Counted from the stretch's first letter, positions 36,281-49,970 are shown. The stretch is DNA of 64,000 bases from Isurus oxyrinchus (GCA_026770705.1 JANJGN010000019.1:79732001-79796000); one strand, 5' to 3'. The notes: generated by a model from the sequence alone, not told the origin. Numbers and translations: made by a program.

Positions 36281-37310
36281 ACCATAGAAAACCATAGAAA
36301 AGTTACAGCACAGAAGGAGGCCATCTTGTCCATGCCAGCCTGAGGACACCCAGGTGCCCCTTCTAATCCCACCTTCCTGCATCCAGTGCAAAGCCCTGCA
36401 GTTTACAGCACTTAAGGTGCAAATCCAGGTACTTTTTAAAAGAGTTTAGAGTTTCTGCCTCTACCACCAACTTGGGCAGCAAATTCCAGACACCCACTAC
36501 CCTCTGTGTAAAAAAAAAAAAAGTTGTTCCTCATGTCCCCCCTACACCTTCTGCCACTTATCTTGAATCTATGTACCCCAATTCTAGAATTCTCCAAGGG
36601 AAACAATTTTATCCTGTCCACTCTGTCTATTCCCCTCATAATTTTGTGCACCTCAATCAATTCACCTCTCAGTCTTCTTTGTTCTAAGGAAAATAACCCC
36701 AACCTATCCAATCTCTCCTCGTAGCTAATCTTTTCTAACCCTGGCAACATCCTTGTAAACCTCCTCTGCACTCTCTCCAGAGCTATTACGTCCTTCCTGT
36801 AATATGGTGACCAGAACTGCACACGATACTCCAGTTGTGGCCTCACCAGTGTTTTATACAATTCCAACGTTATATCCTTACTTTTATATTCTATACCTCT
36901 GCCAGTGAAGGAGAGTATTCCATATGCCTTCTTTACAACCTTGTCTACTTGAACTGCTGCCTTCAGGGACCTGTATACTTGTACGCCAAAATCTCTCACT
37001 TCATCTTTCCCTCTTAGTATATTCCCATTTTATTGTGTAATCCCTGTAACTGTTTGACCTCCCTAAATGTATGACCTCACACTTCTCTATGTTAAAATTC
37101 ATCTGCCACTTTACCCGCTCCATCAACCCATCTATATCATTTTGGAGATTATAGCTTTCCTCTACACTATCCACTACTCGGCCAATCTTTGTCTCATCTG
37201 CAAATTTCCCAATTGTGCATCCCACGTTCACATCCAAATCGTTAATATATAACACAAACAGCAAGGGTCCCAACACCGAGCCCTGTGGAACACCACTTGA
37301 AACAACTTTT
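36281..37310 (-). mobile_element. CR1 LINE 3' ~1 kb, relatively young
   Basis: SGVPQGSVLGPLLFVLYINDLD..KFADETK, CEVIHLG, LYKTLVRPQLEY.VQFWSP, ERVQRRFTRMLPG; tandem ACCATAGAAA tail repeat. Confidence 0.92.
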
Positions 37311-38413
37311 CCAAGTGTACCAAAGTTGCCAGAGAAGGCATGAAGAAAAGTCATTTTTGGTGGAACAACTATTTTGATCAGGACAGAGGTGGAAACTCTT
37401 TTATTGACATTGAATTGTCTGCAGGTGGCCTTTTCATGTTGCACTGCCTGACATCAGTCATGTTTTTGTTTAATCTTTCATGGAATATGAGCATCACTGG
37501 AAAGACCAGCATTTGTTGCCCATCCCTAATTGACCTTGAGAAGGTGTTGGTGAGTTGCCTGCTTGAACTGCTGCAGTCCATCTGGTGTAGGTACACCTGC
37601 AGTGCTTTAGGAATAGAAAATATAAATGGATCTCAGTGTAATTGACTAAACTGGTTTCTGTAGCATCTGAAAATATGGCCGACGTTTTTAATTGTTTAAT
37701 ACTTATTGAAAATTATAGAATTTTGTCATGCAATAAGAGACCATTCAACCCATTGTGCCTATTCTTGCTCTTTGAAACAGCTATTTAAGTAGTCAACTTC
37801 TCCTACTCTTTCTTCTTAACCTTGCAAATTTTTCCTTTTTAAGTGCTTATCCAATTCCCTTTTGAATGTTACCATTGAATGATTTCACCACCCTTTCAGA
37901 CTGTGTGCATTCCGGATCATGATATAGTTATAATGATGAAGGATAATCATCATGGGGATGCTGAGAACTGTCGAAAGCTTTGAGCACTGGCAGAAGTTTG
38001 GAATTCCTCCAGTCAGAGGAGGGGACTACCTTGAGGTCAGGTCAAATGCCTGTATTGCAAGGACAGCAACAGGGAATTTTAGCTTGCTGTTGCCTGCGCA
38101 GCACTCAGAATTGCCAAATGGTACAAAGCGGCAGAGGAAGTTGCTGTGATTCACTATAACTGCAAACCTGTTTGATCAATTGATGTTATTGAAGACATGT
38201 GAAGTTTTAAAAGTGCTTAAATGGAGAGTGACCTGTGGGGTCCCTGAATCCATACAGGGTTTGCACATTCCAGTTCATGTGGTGAAGAAAGGCTCTTGCT
38301 CTCTTTCCCCCAGTGTACCACACATACACACAAACACCACCCCCCGCCCCCAAACCACCACCACCACCATCAAAAATATGTGAACAGATTTTATCTATTT
38401 TCCTCTTCCTCAG

Positions 38414-38602
38414 ATAAACACCCCCATGGAGATGAAGCAGAAAAGGTGGAGGATCCATTAAAGACAGGACAATCTACAGAGACTGAGCATGATCACATGC
38501 ACATTGCTTTACATGCCTATATTGGTGTTTCACTGGTCCTTGGATTTGTTTTTATGCTCCTGGTCGACCAAATAGGCAGTTCTCATATGCATTCCAGTGA
38601 TG
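38414..38602 (+). CDS. SLC39A9: ZIP9 coding exon 3
   Basis: cctcag acceptor, G|gtaag donor, phase 1-1, 189 nt; (D)KHPHG...[39 protein letters not shown]. Confidence 0.96.
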
Positions 38603-38869
38603 GTAAGAGGCACAAAATCTCAATGACTATTTTTTTTTAAATGCTGAGACCTGGTGAGCTGAAGCCACTGTGTCATTTATCCTGTGTGCGAATGTAAAAT
38701 ATCTTTAATTTAACTGGGCTGTATCGTATGGGTATTTTGCATCTGAACTATTGATGGTTGAGGTTTGCTCAAACAATCTACCTGAGGCCAACTGAGAAAA
38801 GATGATTAGCCCAGATAAGGAAGCACTAGTCTTAAAATGGCTGCTAATTTTTAATCCAAGCTGAACAAG

Positions 38870-40840
38870 TGAAGCATTCAAGGCTTTGTTCATACTATGA
38901 TTTATGTTGGTAGGAAGAATGAGGAGAAGCAATATAAACTTGATGATGCAACGTTTAAGGAATGCAGGAACAAAAGCCTTGGGAACATGTACCCAAATTT
39001 AAAGGTGGCAGGACAAGTTGAAATGATTATTAAAAAGGCAAACAGCACCCTTGGCTTTGTAAATAGAGGCAGAGGACAAAAGCAAGGCGCTGCCAGCTTA
39101 TGTTTGGGAATGTGAAGTTGCTGCTGAAATATTAGGAGTGTATGGAAGGCAACCCATCAAATGTGGTTTTTCTTCAATCCTATACTTGATGATGCATACC
39201 GGCTGTCATGAAGCTAGGCTAAAATTCAGTTTATTTTGTGCAATAATTAGACTGGTAGAATGAAAGTACTGCACCAGATAAACTCTTATTTTAATGCAGA
39301 CTCTCTTCCTTTCCTCTTCTCTAGTTTGACTACACCAATGCTGCCATTTTTACCACACCCTTGGAAACAAGTGTTTTGAAGTTAGAGCAACAAGCCATTG
39401 TTTTATCCTTATGCCCTGTTTTCCAAGTAAGGTGCCTCTTAAATGAGGGATGATCAATTCTTGCATTGTGGGTTGAGAATGGTATGATGAGAAGAAACAT
39501 GTCACAGAGTCATATAGCCCATGATGATGCATGTGCCAGCTCTTTGAAAGAGCTATCCAATTAGTTCCCCTGTTTTTTTGTCAAAGCTATGCAACTTTTA
39601 TTTTCCCCTTTAAGTATTCATCTAATTCCCTTTGAAAGTTAGCATTGAATCTGTTTCCACCATCCTTGAAGACATTACATTCCAGATTATAACAACTCAC
39701 TGTACAATAAAAAAATTCTCCTCATCTTGCCTCTGCTTTTGCTGAATACATTAAATCTGTGACTTCTGGCTATCAAACTTTCTACCATCAGAAGTTATTT
39801 CACTTTATTCATGGTATCAAAATCTTCTCATAACTTTCTCTGTTCTGAGGAGAACAACTCCAGTTCGGTCCATCTAATTGAAGTCATTCATCCTTGGTAC
39901 TATTCTAGTAAATCTCCTCTTTACCCTCTCCAAAGCCTTAACATCCTTCCTAAATTGTGATGCCCAGAATTGGACACGTTATTCTACTGAGCTTGACCAG
40001 TGTTTAATAGCTTCCTTGCCTTTGTCCACTGCCTCTATTTACAAAGCTAAGGGTCCTGTTTGCCTTTTTAATAATCATCTCAACTTGTCCTGCCACCTTA
40101 AAATTTGTGTTCATACAGCCCAAGGTCTTTGTTCCTGCATCCCTTTAAAATTGCATCATCTAGTTTATATTGCCTCTCCTCATTCTTCCTACCAATATAA
40201 ATCACTTTACACTACTCTGAGAGTTGGATTTCATCTCATGTATGCCCATTTCATCAGTCTATGTTCTCCTGATGTCTGATACTGCCCTCCTATCACTTTA
40301 TTACATTTGAGTTTCAAGTGCATACTTTGAAATATGTACCCAAGTACAGGTTATTGATATCAAAAAGAGTTGTAGACCCATCTGATTTCAAACAAGTTAT
40401 TTTCTACATAGGACCAAAAGTAGGACATTCAGCAGATAATTGATCTGCATCTCAACTCCATTTACTTGCCTTTCTGTTGTGTGGAAAAAGTATTTCCTGA
40501 TTTCGCTCTTTGAACAGTCTGGCTCTAATTTTAAGATTGGTTTGTATTTAATCACAAGAGGAAATAGTTTCTCTGTAGCTACCCTATCGAATTGTTTTAT
40601 TGTTTTAAATGCCTCGTTTAGGTCACCCCATAATCTTCTAATCTCAAGGAATACAAAGCCAGTTCATGCAAACTAGCTTCATAACTTTTTTAATCCCTGG
40701 TATCGTTCTAGTGAATCTGCACACTGCATGCCCTCCAAGACCTGTATCTTCTTCCTGAGATTTGATGCCAGAACTGAATGCTGTACTCTAGATGGGTTCT
40801 AACCAAGGGTCTGGATAACTGAAACACCACTTCCTCCCCT
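38870..40840. mobile_element. Cluster of decayed CR1 fragments in intron 3
   Basis: LKVAGQVE..IKKA (+) and PLVRTHLEYSIQFW (-) remnants; CR1 tails. Confidence 0.6.
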
Positions 40841-41662
40841 TCCACACATTGAAACCTCTGTGAAATATTCGCAGCTCTGTAGCAGTGAGCAGTTTTCTTT
40901 ACAAAATCATAAATAAAAGCTATATTTTGGTGTGTGGATTCTGTCATATTGTGACATGAAGTATTAATCAGTAGTCCACCCACACACTGCTCCAGCTTGT
41001 GAGATGACTTCAGAATTTTTCCACCAGTTAGGAAGATCCAGAAATCAGAACTGACTTTTTTCCAAATTACCAGAATTTATGATAGCTCCTTTACATGAAA
41101 AAATTTAATTCAGAATTGTTCTACAATGAGAAAATAATTTGTTGAAAATGTTGTAAGACAGACTTTTGGTTCGTTATGTGTGTATAATGGTGTTTGGGAG
41201 TTGGCAACAATGCTGACTCTGTGTTTTGCTAACTTTTGGATGATTATACAGGATTACATAGAATATACGCTGCAAAAACAGGCCATTCTGCCCAACCAGT
41301 CCATGCTCATGTTCATGCTCCACTCAAGCCCCCTCCCATCTTTTCTCATCTGAATAAATATATTATCCACCTTGGTTAATAATCTAGACTTGGTCAAGAG
41401 GGTAGATACCATTGGTGTAACAAGGACAGCAGCATGCCTTGGTGTGAGGTGTTGGAACAACTAGAATAATTCAAAGAGACCTATTGTATCTACTGGTGGT
41501 CAGATACAAAGAGGCTTGGCCACAAGCATTCAAACAAGTGAAGGGATATGGGGATCAAAGGAATGGCTTGTTTGTAAAAATATTGCATTGAAATGTTGAT
41601 TGTGCAGTTCAGCTTTTAGGAATTCTCTACAGAGTTCATTTTGTTTCTAAAATGTTTTTCAG

Positions 41663-41731
41663 ACCCTGAAGCTGCAAGAACAGCAAATACCAAGATCACC
41701 ACCACGCTTGGACTGGTGGTTCATGCAGCAG
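41663..41731 (+). CDS. SLC39A9: ZIP9 coding exon 4
   Basis: tttcag acceptor, G|gtaatg donor, 69 nt; (D)PEAARTANTKITTTLGLVVHAA. Confidence 0.96.
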
Positions 41732-43883
41732 GTAATGCTTCTTCATGTTGTGTGACAGCTTTAATAGCACCACTTCAGTGCTGTTCCCACTGTGTCCAAA
41801 ATACTAGCTAGGGTTCCAATATAAGCAACTGATGGTGCAATCCCAGAACTGCTGGTGCTCTTTCAGTGGCTCGATTCATTGTTCAGAGTGCTGATGTGTG
41901 ATCCCTTCAAATAAATGGTAAACCAAATATAAGCACAGAATATTCCAAACCACATGCAGTCCACTCCCCCTTTTATCAGTTACCTGATTAAAGTGTACTG
42001 CTAAAATACAAAGATTTTTCAAAGTTGCTGTAATCTTGATCTTTTGAGTGAAGGACCCCTATCACTGCTTTGATGCTGCAGAGGTTTTGATTCTGATAAT
42101 TTCTTACATTAACCAGCAGGGGGCCTGCTATTATGTCTTGTGTAACTTCATTTTCATTCAATCCCTTTGTTTCACAACTTATGACTTTGAAGAGTTTTCT
42201 TGCGGCAGTTCAGGTCTGATATAGTAGAAGTGCCTGCAAAAGGATTTTGTTGTATAGCTCCTTGAGCAATGGGAGGTGGGAGTGGAGTTTTTTCTCCTTG
42301 AAGTCTTGTTTCATGGAATAGGAAATTCACAACTGGCCCCAATCCAACCTCTTGTTCTCTCTTTGTCCCCTCCTCTTGCTCTTCTTGGCCCCTTCAGCTG
42401 TGTGCAGTACAATTATTACGGTCAACCTATATTTGTATTCAGTAAATTAAGCAATTCACCAATCCCTGAGGTTTTTTTTTGGAGCAAATTCTCATAGTGC
42501 TAGTGTGGGCCAGTTTTACATTTTGATCTTTTTAGGAGTAGGATTTAGGAAATGCGTGTTCCTGAACCTACATCCAGGTATATCAGGTTATACGTTTTAG
42601 TGCTTAATATGGTAAATATAGAGTTCATGTGACTTTAATCTGGGGAGAATGAAAAAATCAGTTAGAGTGGTCACTATCTCATAACTTCTGGTGTGAAGTG
42701 TGAGAATAGGTGGAGAGTTGGTTGTGAGGTGCCCATGATTGAATATTCTAACAGTTGCTGTTTTAACATGCAGGAAGAATGGCTGCTTTGTGTGAGATAC
42801 TAGAGATCTACAGAATGGCACCTAGCTTGAGCACTGCCATTCCAGAGGTGCTGAGTCCAGTCATAATACCCTGTTGCTATCACTGTATTCACCTAAATCG
42901 GTTCAAAGCAGAGACTGAACTCAGCACGCTGAGTCAGTTAAATGAATCATAGAATCATACAGCACAGAAGCAGGCTATTCAGCCCATCCTGCTGTTGTCA
43001 GCTCTTGGAAAGAGCTGTCCAATTAGTCCCATTCCTCTACACATTTTCATAGCCCTGCAAATGTTTTCAAACGTACAGTGAACCACTGGGAATTCTGTTA
43101 TCGTTGTAAGTGATTTTTCAATATTCAAAAGTAAACTAAATTCAGATTTAAATGGTTTCATGGATTAACAGAAAATCAGCACCACTGGTAAGTTATTCTT
43201 GTTATATGTCGTCAGAAGAATTCCTACATACTTAACCTATGATTAATCAGTGCCACCTATATTTCTACTTGTATGCTACCTCCAGAAATCCCTTGCTTCT
43301 TGAAATTTTAAAATGCTGTGTGCATCTCCCGTACATACTCACCTACTGAGAGTTGTATCTTCTGAGCCATTCCCTCTTCTGCTTTGTTCACTTCTGCTCC
43401 TTTTTATTTTTATTTTTTTGGCTATCTCTCAGTGCGAGTATTGGGATATGTAATCTCTAGCCGAATCAGACCCAACTGGCTGGGATCAAACCCACAACCT
43501 TACTCGTGCATGTAGTGCATGATTTTTAAAACAAAAAATTCGTGCCAATTTGCTACAGGTCATATTGGCCTTTTGCTGGGAGCCAGGATCGTGGAAAGGA
43601 TAACCAACTACAAATGATGCCTGTTGGCAGTGTTTTGAGTCATTGTTTCCCTTTCCTGTCTCAGCTTAATGTCTCAGTTCTGAACTATTCATGACTCTAT
43701 ACGGTAACCCAGTTCTCCTCACAGCGCAGCCTTTTAATCAAGATTCGTGGTCTAGCAAAATCAATTTAGCTTTCTAATTGTATAGTCTATTTTTTATTGA
43801 GCAAGCATAAGTAACAGTGACCATTTTCAGTTTCAGTTTTGCCCGTTGTGTAGAGTTATTGGGTTTGAAGAAGAGCATTTTAT

Positions 43884-44529
43884 TTCTGCCAATTCCAGTG
43901 TGGTGCCACCACCAAACACATCTTCCCTCCACTGCTCCCTTGTCAGCATTCCGTAGGGACCTTTCCCTCCAGGATATCCTGGCCCACTCCTCCAGCACTG
44001 CCAACACCTCATCGCACCTTCCCATACAATCGCAGAAGGTGCAACACCTGCCCCTTTACCTCCTGCTACTTCACTGTCCAAGGCCCAAACACTCCTTTCA
44101 GGTGATGCAGCACTTCTTCACTTGCACCTCCTTCAATTTGGTCTACTGCATTCACTGCTCCCAATGTGGTCTCCTCTACATTGGAGAGACCAAACGCAGA
44201 GTGGGTGACCGCTTTGCGGAACACCTTTGGTCTGTCCACATGCATGACCCAGGCCTCACTGTTGCTTGCCATTTCAACACACCACCCTGCTCTCATGCCC
44301 ACATGTCCCCCCCCCCTTGGCCTGCTGCAATGTTCCAGTGATGCCTAATGCAAACTGGAGGAACAGCACCTCATCTTCCAATGAGGCACTTTATAGCCTT
44401 CAGGACTTGACATTGAGTTTAACAACCTCAAACCATGAACTCTCGCCTCTATTTTCACCCTTTTTTATATCCCTTTTTAAAATTTATTTTTATTAATTTT
44501 TTATCCCATTTTTTATCTCTTTTTATCAC

Positions 44530-44565
<36 letters not shown>

Positions 44566-45070
44566 ACCTTACCAGTTCAGGTTCCTCACCCCATTTCGGG
44601 TTCCACCCCCCCTTTCTAGTTCCCCATTTTCCCCCAACCATTGCCCCTTACCCTCCACCCCACCCCCAAAAGGGCTATCTGTTAGTTGTTCCATGATGTT
44701 CTTTCACAGTGGTGACCCTTGTTCTGCTATTCACACATTCTGCTTTCTTACCTTTATGCCACTATCAGCACCTTGCTTAGCCTTTATCACTACCATTAAC
44801 ACTTCCTTTGTCTTTTTGTCCATGACATCTTTGTCAATCTCTCCTTAGCCCCATCTGTTGCTGACCTTCTAACCAGCTTTACCTGCTCCACCCCCCCCCC
44901 CAAAACAGTATAAATTCCATCACATTTCTACTTCTCTTTAGCTCTGAAGAAGAGTCATACAGACTCAGTGTTAACTCTGTTTCTCTTTCCACAGATGCTG
45001 TCAGACCTGAGTTTTTTCCAGCATTTTCTGTTTTTATTTCAAATTTCCAGCATCTGCAGTATTTTGCTTT
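43884..45070 (+). mobile_element. Neptune-type PLE copy E, 3' fragment in intron 4
   Basis: FNLVYCIHCSQCGLLYIGETKRRVGDRFAEHL; 3' UTR with a 33-C run and a disabled hammerhead at 44940-44976. Confidence 0.9.
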
Positions 45071-45132
45071 AATCATTTTATTTCTATATTTCCCCCGCAT
45101 TACTGAGCCTCATCTATTCCTTTCCCTTACAG

Positions 45133-45218
45133 CGGATGGCATTGCCTTGGGTGCAGCAGCTTCCACATCACAAACAAGTGTACAGTTGATTGTATTTGTA
45201 GCCATTATGCTGCACAAA
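45133..45218 (+). CDS. SLC39A9: ZIP9 coding exon 5
   Basis: ttacag acceptor, |gtaagt donor, 86 nt; (A)[28 protein letters not shown]. Confidence 0.97.
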
Positions 45219-45678
45219 GTAAGTATCCAAATCTTGAATTTCTTAATTTTTCTTTAAGGTGTTCCACATTTTAGGGTATAAGATCAATTTTCAGTGATTG
45301 TATTTAAATAGACATTCCCCCTTCAGAAATGGGTACAATTGTATAGTTGATTGGTAAATTAGTGGATTGGCCTGGGCAGTAGAGTAGTGGCTATGTCTCT
45401 GGACATATAAGAGGCCTAGACTAATAATCCGGAAACATAGTTCCAATCCCGTCAAGGTATTTTGTGAATTTGAATTCCATTTTGTTTTAAATAAATCTGG
45501 ATTGTTGTAAACTTCCATTGGGGAAGGAAACCTGCCATCCTTACCAAGTATGGCCTGTATGTAGTCATATACACGCAGAGATGTGCATGCTCTCAGTTTG
45601 CCTCATTGGCTGTGAAGCAGTTTGAGACATCCCAAGATTGTTGGGGAATCTCGTGGTATGAATAACTGTAAACACCAT

Positions 45679-46326
45679 AGACAGAATTTTGCCGTTGGCG
45701 AGCAGGGGGCATCCCGACATCATCCCGCCCCAATTTTCAGGAAGGTAAAATCAGCTGCGGGCCCGCTGACCTGTCAATGGCCAATTGAGGCCACTGACAG
45801 GATCATTTAAACAATTAAAGGACCTGCCAGTCCAATCTTAAGGTTGGCGGGCAGGCCAGGAGCCCTGGCAGCAAATAGAAAAACATGAAACCTCATCCAC
45901 TGGTGGGATGAGGTTTCATGCAGGGTTATAAAAATTTTAATAAAGTTATTATGTAAATTATTTACATGTCCCAACTCATGTGACATTGTCACATGAGGGG
46001 GACATGTAAAGGATTTTTTTTTTCTATTTTTTTTTAATAGTTTTCAAACTCCAGGCTATCTCCCTGAGGCAGCACTTAGCCTCAGGGAGATGTGCTCTCT
46101 TTCATGTGCATGCGCAAAAGAGTGCAGTTTCGCTTTTAGGGAATTCTCCCCCCCCACCGCCCCCGTGCACAGGAAGCGCATAGCGTTTCCCGCCATACAT
46201 CATGCTGGGCGGGCCTTAATTAGCCCACCCACGTAAAATGGCAGCGCGGCCTGCTTCGCTGGTGAGGATCGACTCCGCCAGAGATTGGGTCGGGCCCACC
46301 TGCCCGACAGACAGAAAATTCTGCCC
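45679..46326. mobile_element. MITE, PIF/Harbinger-like
   Basis: TIRs AGACAGAATTTT / AAAATTCTGCCC; 3-bp TSD CAT on both sides; internal palindromes at ~45965-46006 and ~46059-46090; CpG-rich. Confidence 0.75.
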
Positions 46327-46387
46327 CATGTGTCTGCTTACTCAATAATTCACCTCAATATATGTATTCCTTTCTTCCTGTTTTTAG

Positions 46388-46522
46388 GCTCCAGCTGCTT
46401 TTGGTTTGGTTTCTTTCCTCATGCATGCAGGGCTTGAGAGGAATCGAATCAGGAAACACCTACTGGTGTTTGCTTTGGCAGCACCACTACTCTCCATGGT
46501 CACTTACCTGGGCCTGAGTAAG
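46388..46522 (+). CDS. SLC39A9: ZIP9 coding exon 6
   Basis: ttttag acceptor, AAG|gtacat donor, 135 nt; [45 protein letters not shown]. Confidence 0.97.
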
Positions 46523-47029
46523 GTACATAACATGACTTAGTGCTTTTGTTTATCCAGTACTTGCCACAGTAAAACACATTGAAGCACTGTGATAAAAATT
46601 TACAACATCGTTACCATTATGTTAGCAACATATTGAAAGCAATGATGTTCATAGTCCATTGATCCACTTTTTGGTATCATTTGGGAAGATATTGGTCAGG
46701 ACACCAGGAGCACTCCTTTGCTCCTGTTTGAATAGTGCCATGGGATTTAATATTCACCTGAACAGGCCGGTCTGTGTTTAACAATTTATCTGGATGGGGC
46801 CTCTCTGCCTTCCTCCATACTGCATTGAAGATGTTGGTCCAGGTGTCAGATTTTAGTCTGATGCTGGAACACTTGAACCCATGACTTCTGATGCAGAGGT
46901 AGGGATGCTGCCAAGTAAGCCAAACCAACATATGTAACTTTTGGCACACTTTCAGGCATTAATTGTTTAAAATCATTATTGTTGCATCACTATAAAACTG
47001 TCATATAATTGAAGGAAGATTTTCCACAT

Positions 47030-47705
47030 CATAATGTCATAATGGCACAGGACACGGCCATTCAATCCATTTAGTCTGTGCTGACTCTCTGTAAAGCAAT
47101 CCAGTCAATCCTATTCTCGTGCCCTATCCCACAGCCATGCAAGTTTAAACCCTTCAAGTGTCTATCTAGTTTTCTTTTGAAATCATTAATTGTCTCTACT
47201 TCCACTACCTTCCTAGGCAGAGAGTTTCAGTTCATTACCACTCACTCTGCAATAATGTTCTTCCTCACATCATCCCTGCATCTGTTGCTTGGAACCTCAA
47301 ATCAGTGACCCTGTGTCCTTGTACCATCAGCTAATGGGAACAGTATTTCTTTGCCACCTGATTAACCCTGTCATAATCTTCAATGCATCTGTCAAATCTC
47401 TGCTCAATCTCCTTTGCTCCAAGGAGAACAACCCCAGCTTCTCCAACCTAACCTAGCATCTAAAATCCCTCATCATTGGAACCATTCATTTCCACACCCT
47501 CTCACAGACCCAACTACTTCTTAACATGTGACGACCAGAATGGATGCATTACTCTCATTATGGCCTAACCAAAACTTTATACAGGCTCAGCATAATTCCC
47601 TGTTTTTGTACTCAGTGCCTCTTATTTATGAAGTCCAAGATCCCATATGCTTTGCTAACTGCTCTCTCAAGATGTCCTCCCATTTTCAAAGATCTATGCA
47701 CACGA
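47030..47705 (-). mobile_element. CR1 LINE 3' fragment
   Basis: Homologous to the 36300-36960 region; further CR1 tails at ~48600-48960 and ~51255-51590. Confidence 0.7.
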
Positions 47706-49742
47706 AGTATGCATTATGAATGATTCAAATATCAAACCATTACAAGAAAAATGGTACACATTGTAATTTTTGTGTTTTAATTTTTTGGAATGGTAAATCC
47801 TCCTGATCTAATTAGAGAGCACTGACTTTGAGGGATTGCTGACATGATGGTGCAAAGGAGCTGAATCAATATAATCTCAACATTTTCACTAATGCTAGGA
47901 GCTTTGGCTGTGCCTGCTAATTCAGTCCCCTGGTAGCATTGAGCTTGGCAAGGCCTTGAAATAATTCCCCTATAATCTGTACTCCAATATGATTCTTCAA
48001 CTCCTTACTAAAATACAATTTCAGGGAGGCCTCTGGTATCTCACCCTAATTCCAGTTCTTCATGTGTGAGTATCCAAAGGGCAAGCACAGCCAAAATAAA
48101 TCCTGCTCTCGCTTAATGGCCACACTTGCACCTTCCAGCAGGGATGCCAGAGCAAGCTCCTTATGCCCCACTTCAGGAAATTTCAAATCACTTTGCATCC
48201 AATAGATTACTTTCTGAATTAGAGACTAGTGTAGCACAGCCAAACTTGGCAGTCAATTTCCATAAACATCCATAGAATGACCAGTGACCAATCTGTTGAT
48301 GGTGATAATTGATGGACGACTTGTCCAGAACACCGGGAGAACTTCCCTGCTTTGCTCTGAATTATGCCATTTGATCTTTAATGCCCACTTGGATCATGTA
48401 AGTAGACCCTCAGTTAAACTTTTCATCTGAAAGATAGCACCTCTGACTGTGCAGCACTTCCTCGCTACTGCACTGGACTGCCAGGCTAGATTATATACTC
48501 AGGTGAAAATTCTAGCAATTGAGCCAGGCTGACTTCATTCTGAGTGGAATTATTAGATGATAATCAGGAAATAGAAGTCGCACTTTTTTTCCCTAACCCT
48601 CATAGGAACAGGAGGGAAGCTATGTGGCCCTTCAAACCTGTTCTGCCATTCATTTAGATCATGGCTGATCTGTATGTTAACTCCATTTAACCTGCCTTGG
48701 TTACATAACCCTTAATATCTTTGGCTAACAATCTCAGTTTTGAAATTTTTAATTTACCTCCAGCCTCGACAGCATTTTAGTGGAAGGAGTTTTAAGATTT
48801 GTGTTATTCTTTGTGTGAAGAAGTGCTTCCTGACATTTCCCCCCGCCCACTCCCACATCGCCCGAACACTCAGCTCAAATTTTAAGGTTATGTCCCCTTT
48901 CTGTGGACATCTACGCCAGAGGAAATAGTTTCTCTCTAACTACCCTATCAAATTTTTTCACTTCTGAATAAGTTATATTTGACTTGCTCTCTGCGGATGC
49001 TCCCATACCTGTTGAGTATTTCCAGGACTTTGTTTTTTTTTTCAACATTCAATCTTTTTTTTAAATTACAGACGCATTTGTAGGAAATTCTCCTTTTCGC
49101 TATTTTAAAATATCTAGGCTAAAGTCCTTGCTCAAGTGGCAGAGAAAGGGATTTCATTCATTACTCGTATTACACAGCACAATTTCAACATGATGGAATA
49201 AATGAGCAGGATTTGACTAATCCAGATAATGGTTTGTATTTGGGTTTGACGCTGTGCAGTTGCATGATCTGATAGAAAGTGCTAATATATTCACTGTACA
49301 ACAGCATTAACAGACACCACTGATCATCAGAACAGTTTACCTGGTCATCTCATTGCTCTTTGTGAGATCTTACTGTGTGCAAATTGGTTTCTGTATTTTG
49401 TGAAAGGTGCTATATAAATGCAAGTCTTTATGTTTCTTCAATGTCAGCAGGGATATGCTTTTGTTTCCCACTTCTGAGTGAGATTGCTAATTTAGTTACA
49501 TTAAGAAGCAGTTTTATACTTGGAAACTGGTTGAGAAGGTCCATCTCCATTCACATGAGATCCTGTCAATATGGGCTAAATTTTATAAACTAATTTGAAA
49601 ACCAAAATTTCACCTTGGCTGACCTTATTGCTTGATATGATTTTGAGAATTGAAAAATATCGAACTGTTTATTGCACTCCCGGCAAGTATTTACTGAATT
49701 ATTGATGTGTGTTTTCTTCTCTTTCATGTCTTCTGATTGTAG

Positions 49743-49970
49743 AGCAGTAAAGAAGCACTTTCAGAAGTGAATGCCACTGGAATCGCCATGCTGTTTTCAG
49801 CAGGAACTTTCCTATATGTAGCCACTGTGCATGTGCTCCCAGAAGTGGGAGGCACTGGTCACAGTCACAAAGCCGAGTCCGGTGGGAAGGGACTCAGTCG
49901 ACTCGAGGTGTGCACCCTCGTCCTGGGCTGCTTGATTCCATTGGTCCTTTCGGTGGGTCACCAGCATTAA
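49743..49970 (+). CDS. SLC39A9: ZIP9 terminal coding exon 7
   Basis: ttgtag acceptor; [37 protein letters not shown]...LSVGHQH then TAA; matches the ZIP9 C-terminus. Confidence 0.97.
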   Translation, partial: SSKEALSEVNATGIAMLFSAGTFLYVATVHVLPEVGGTGHSHKAESGGKGLSRLEVCTLVLGCLIPLVLSVGHQH

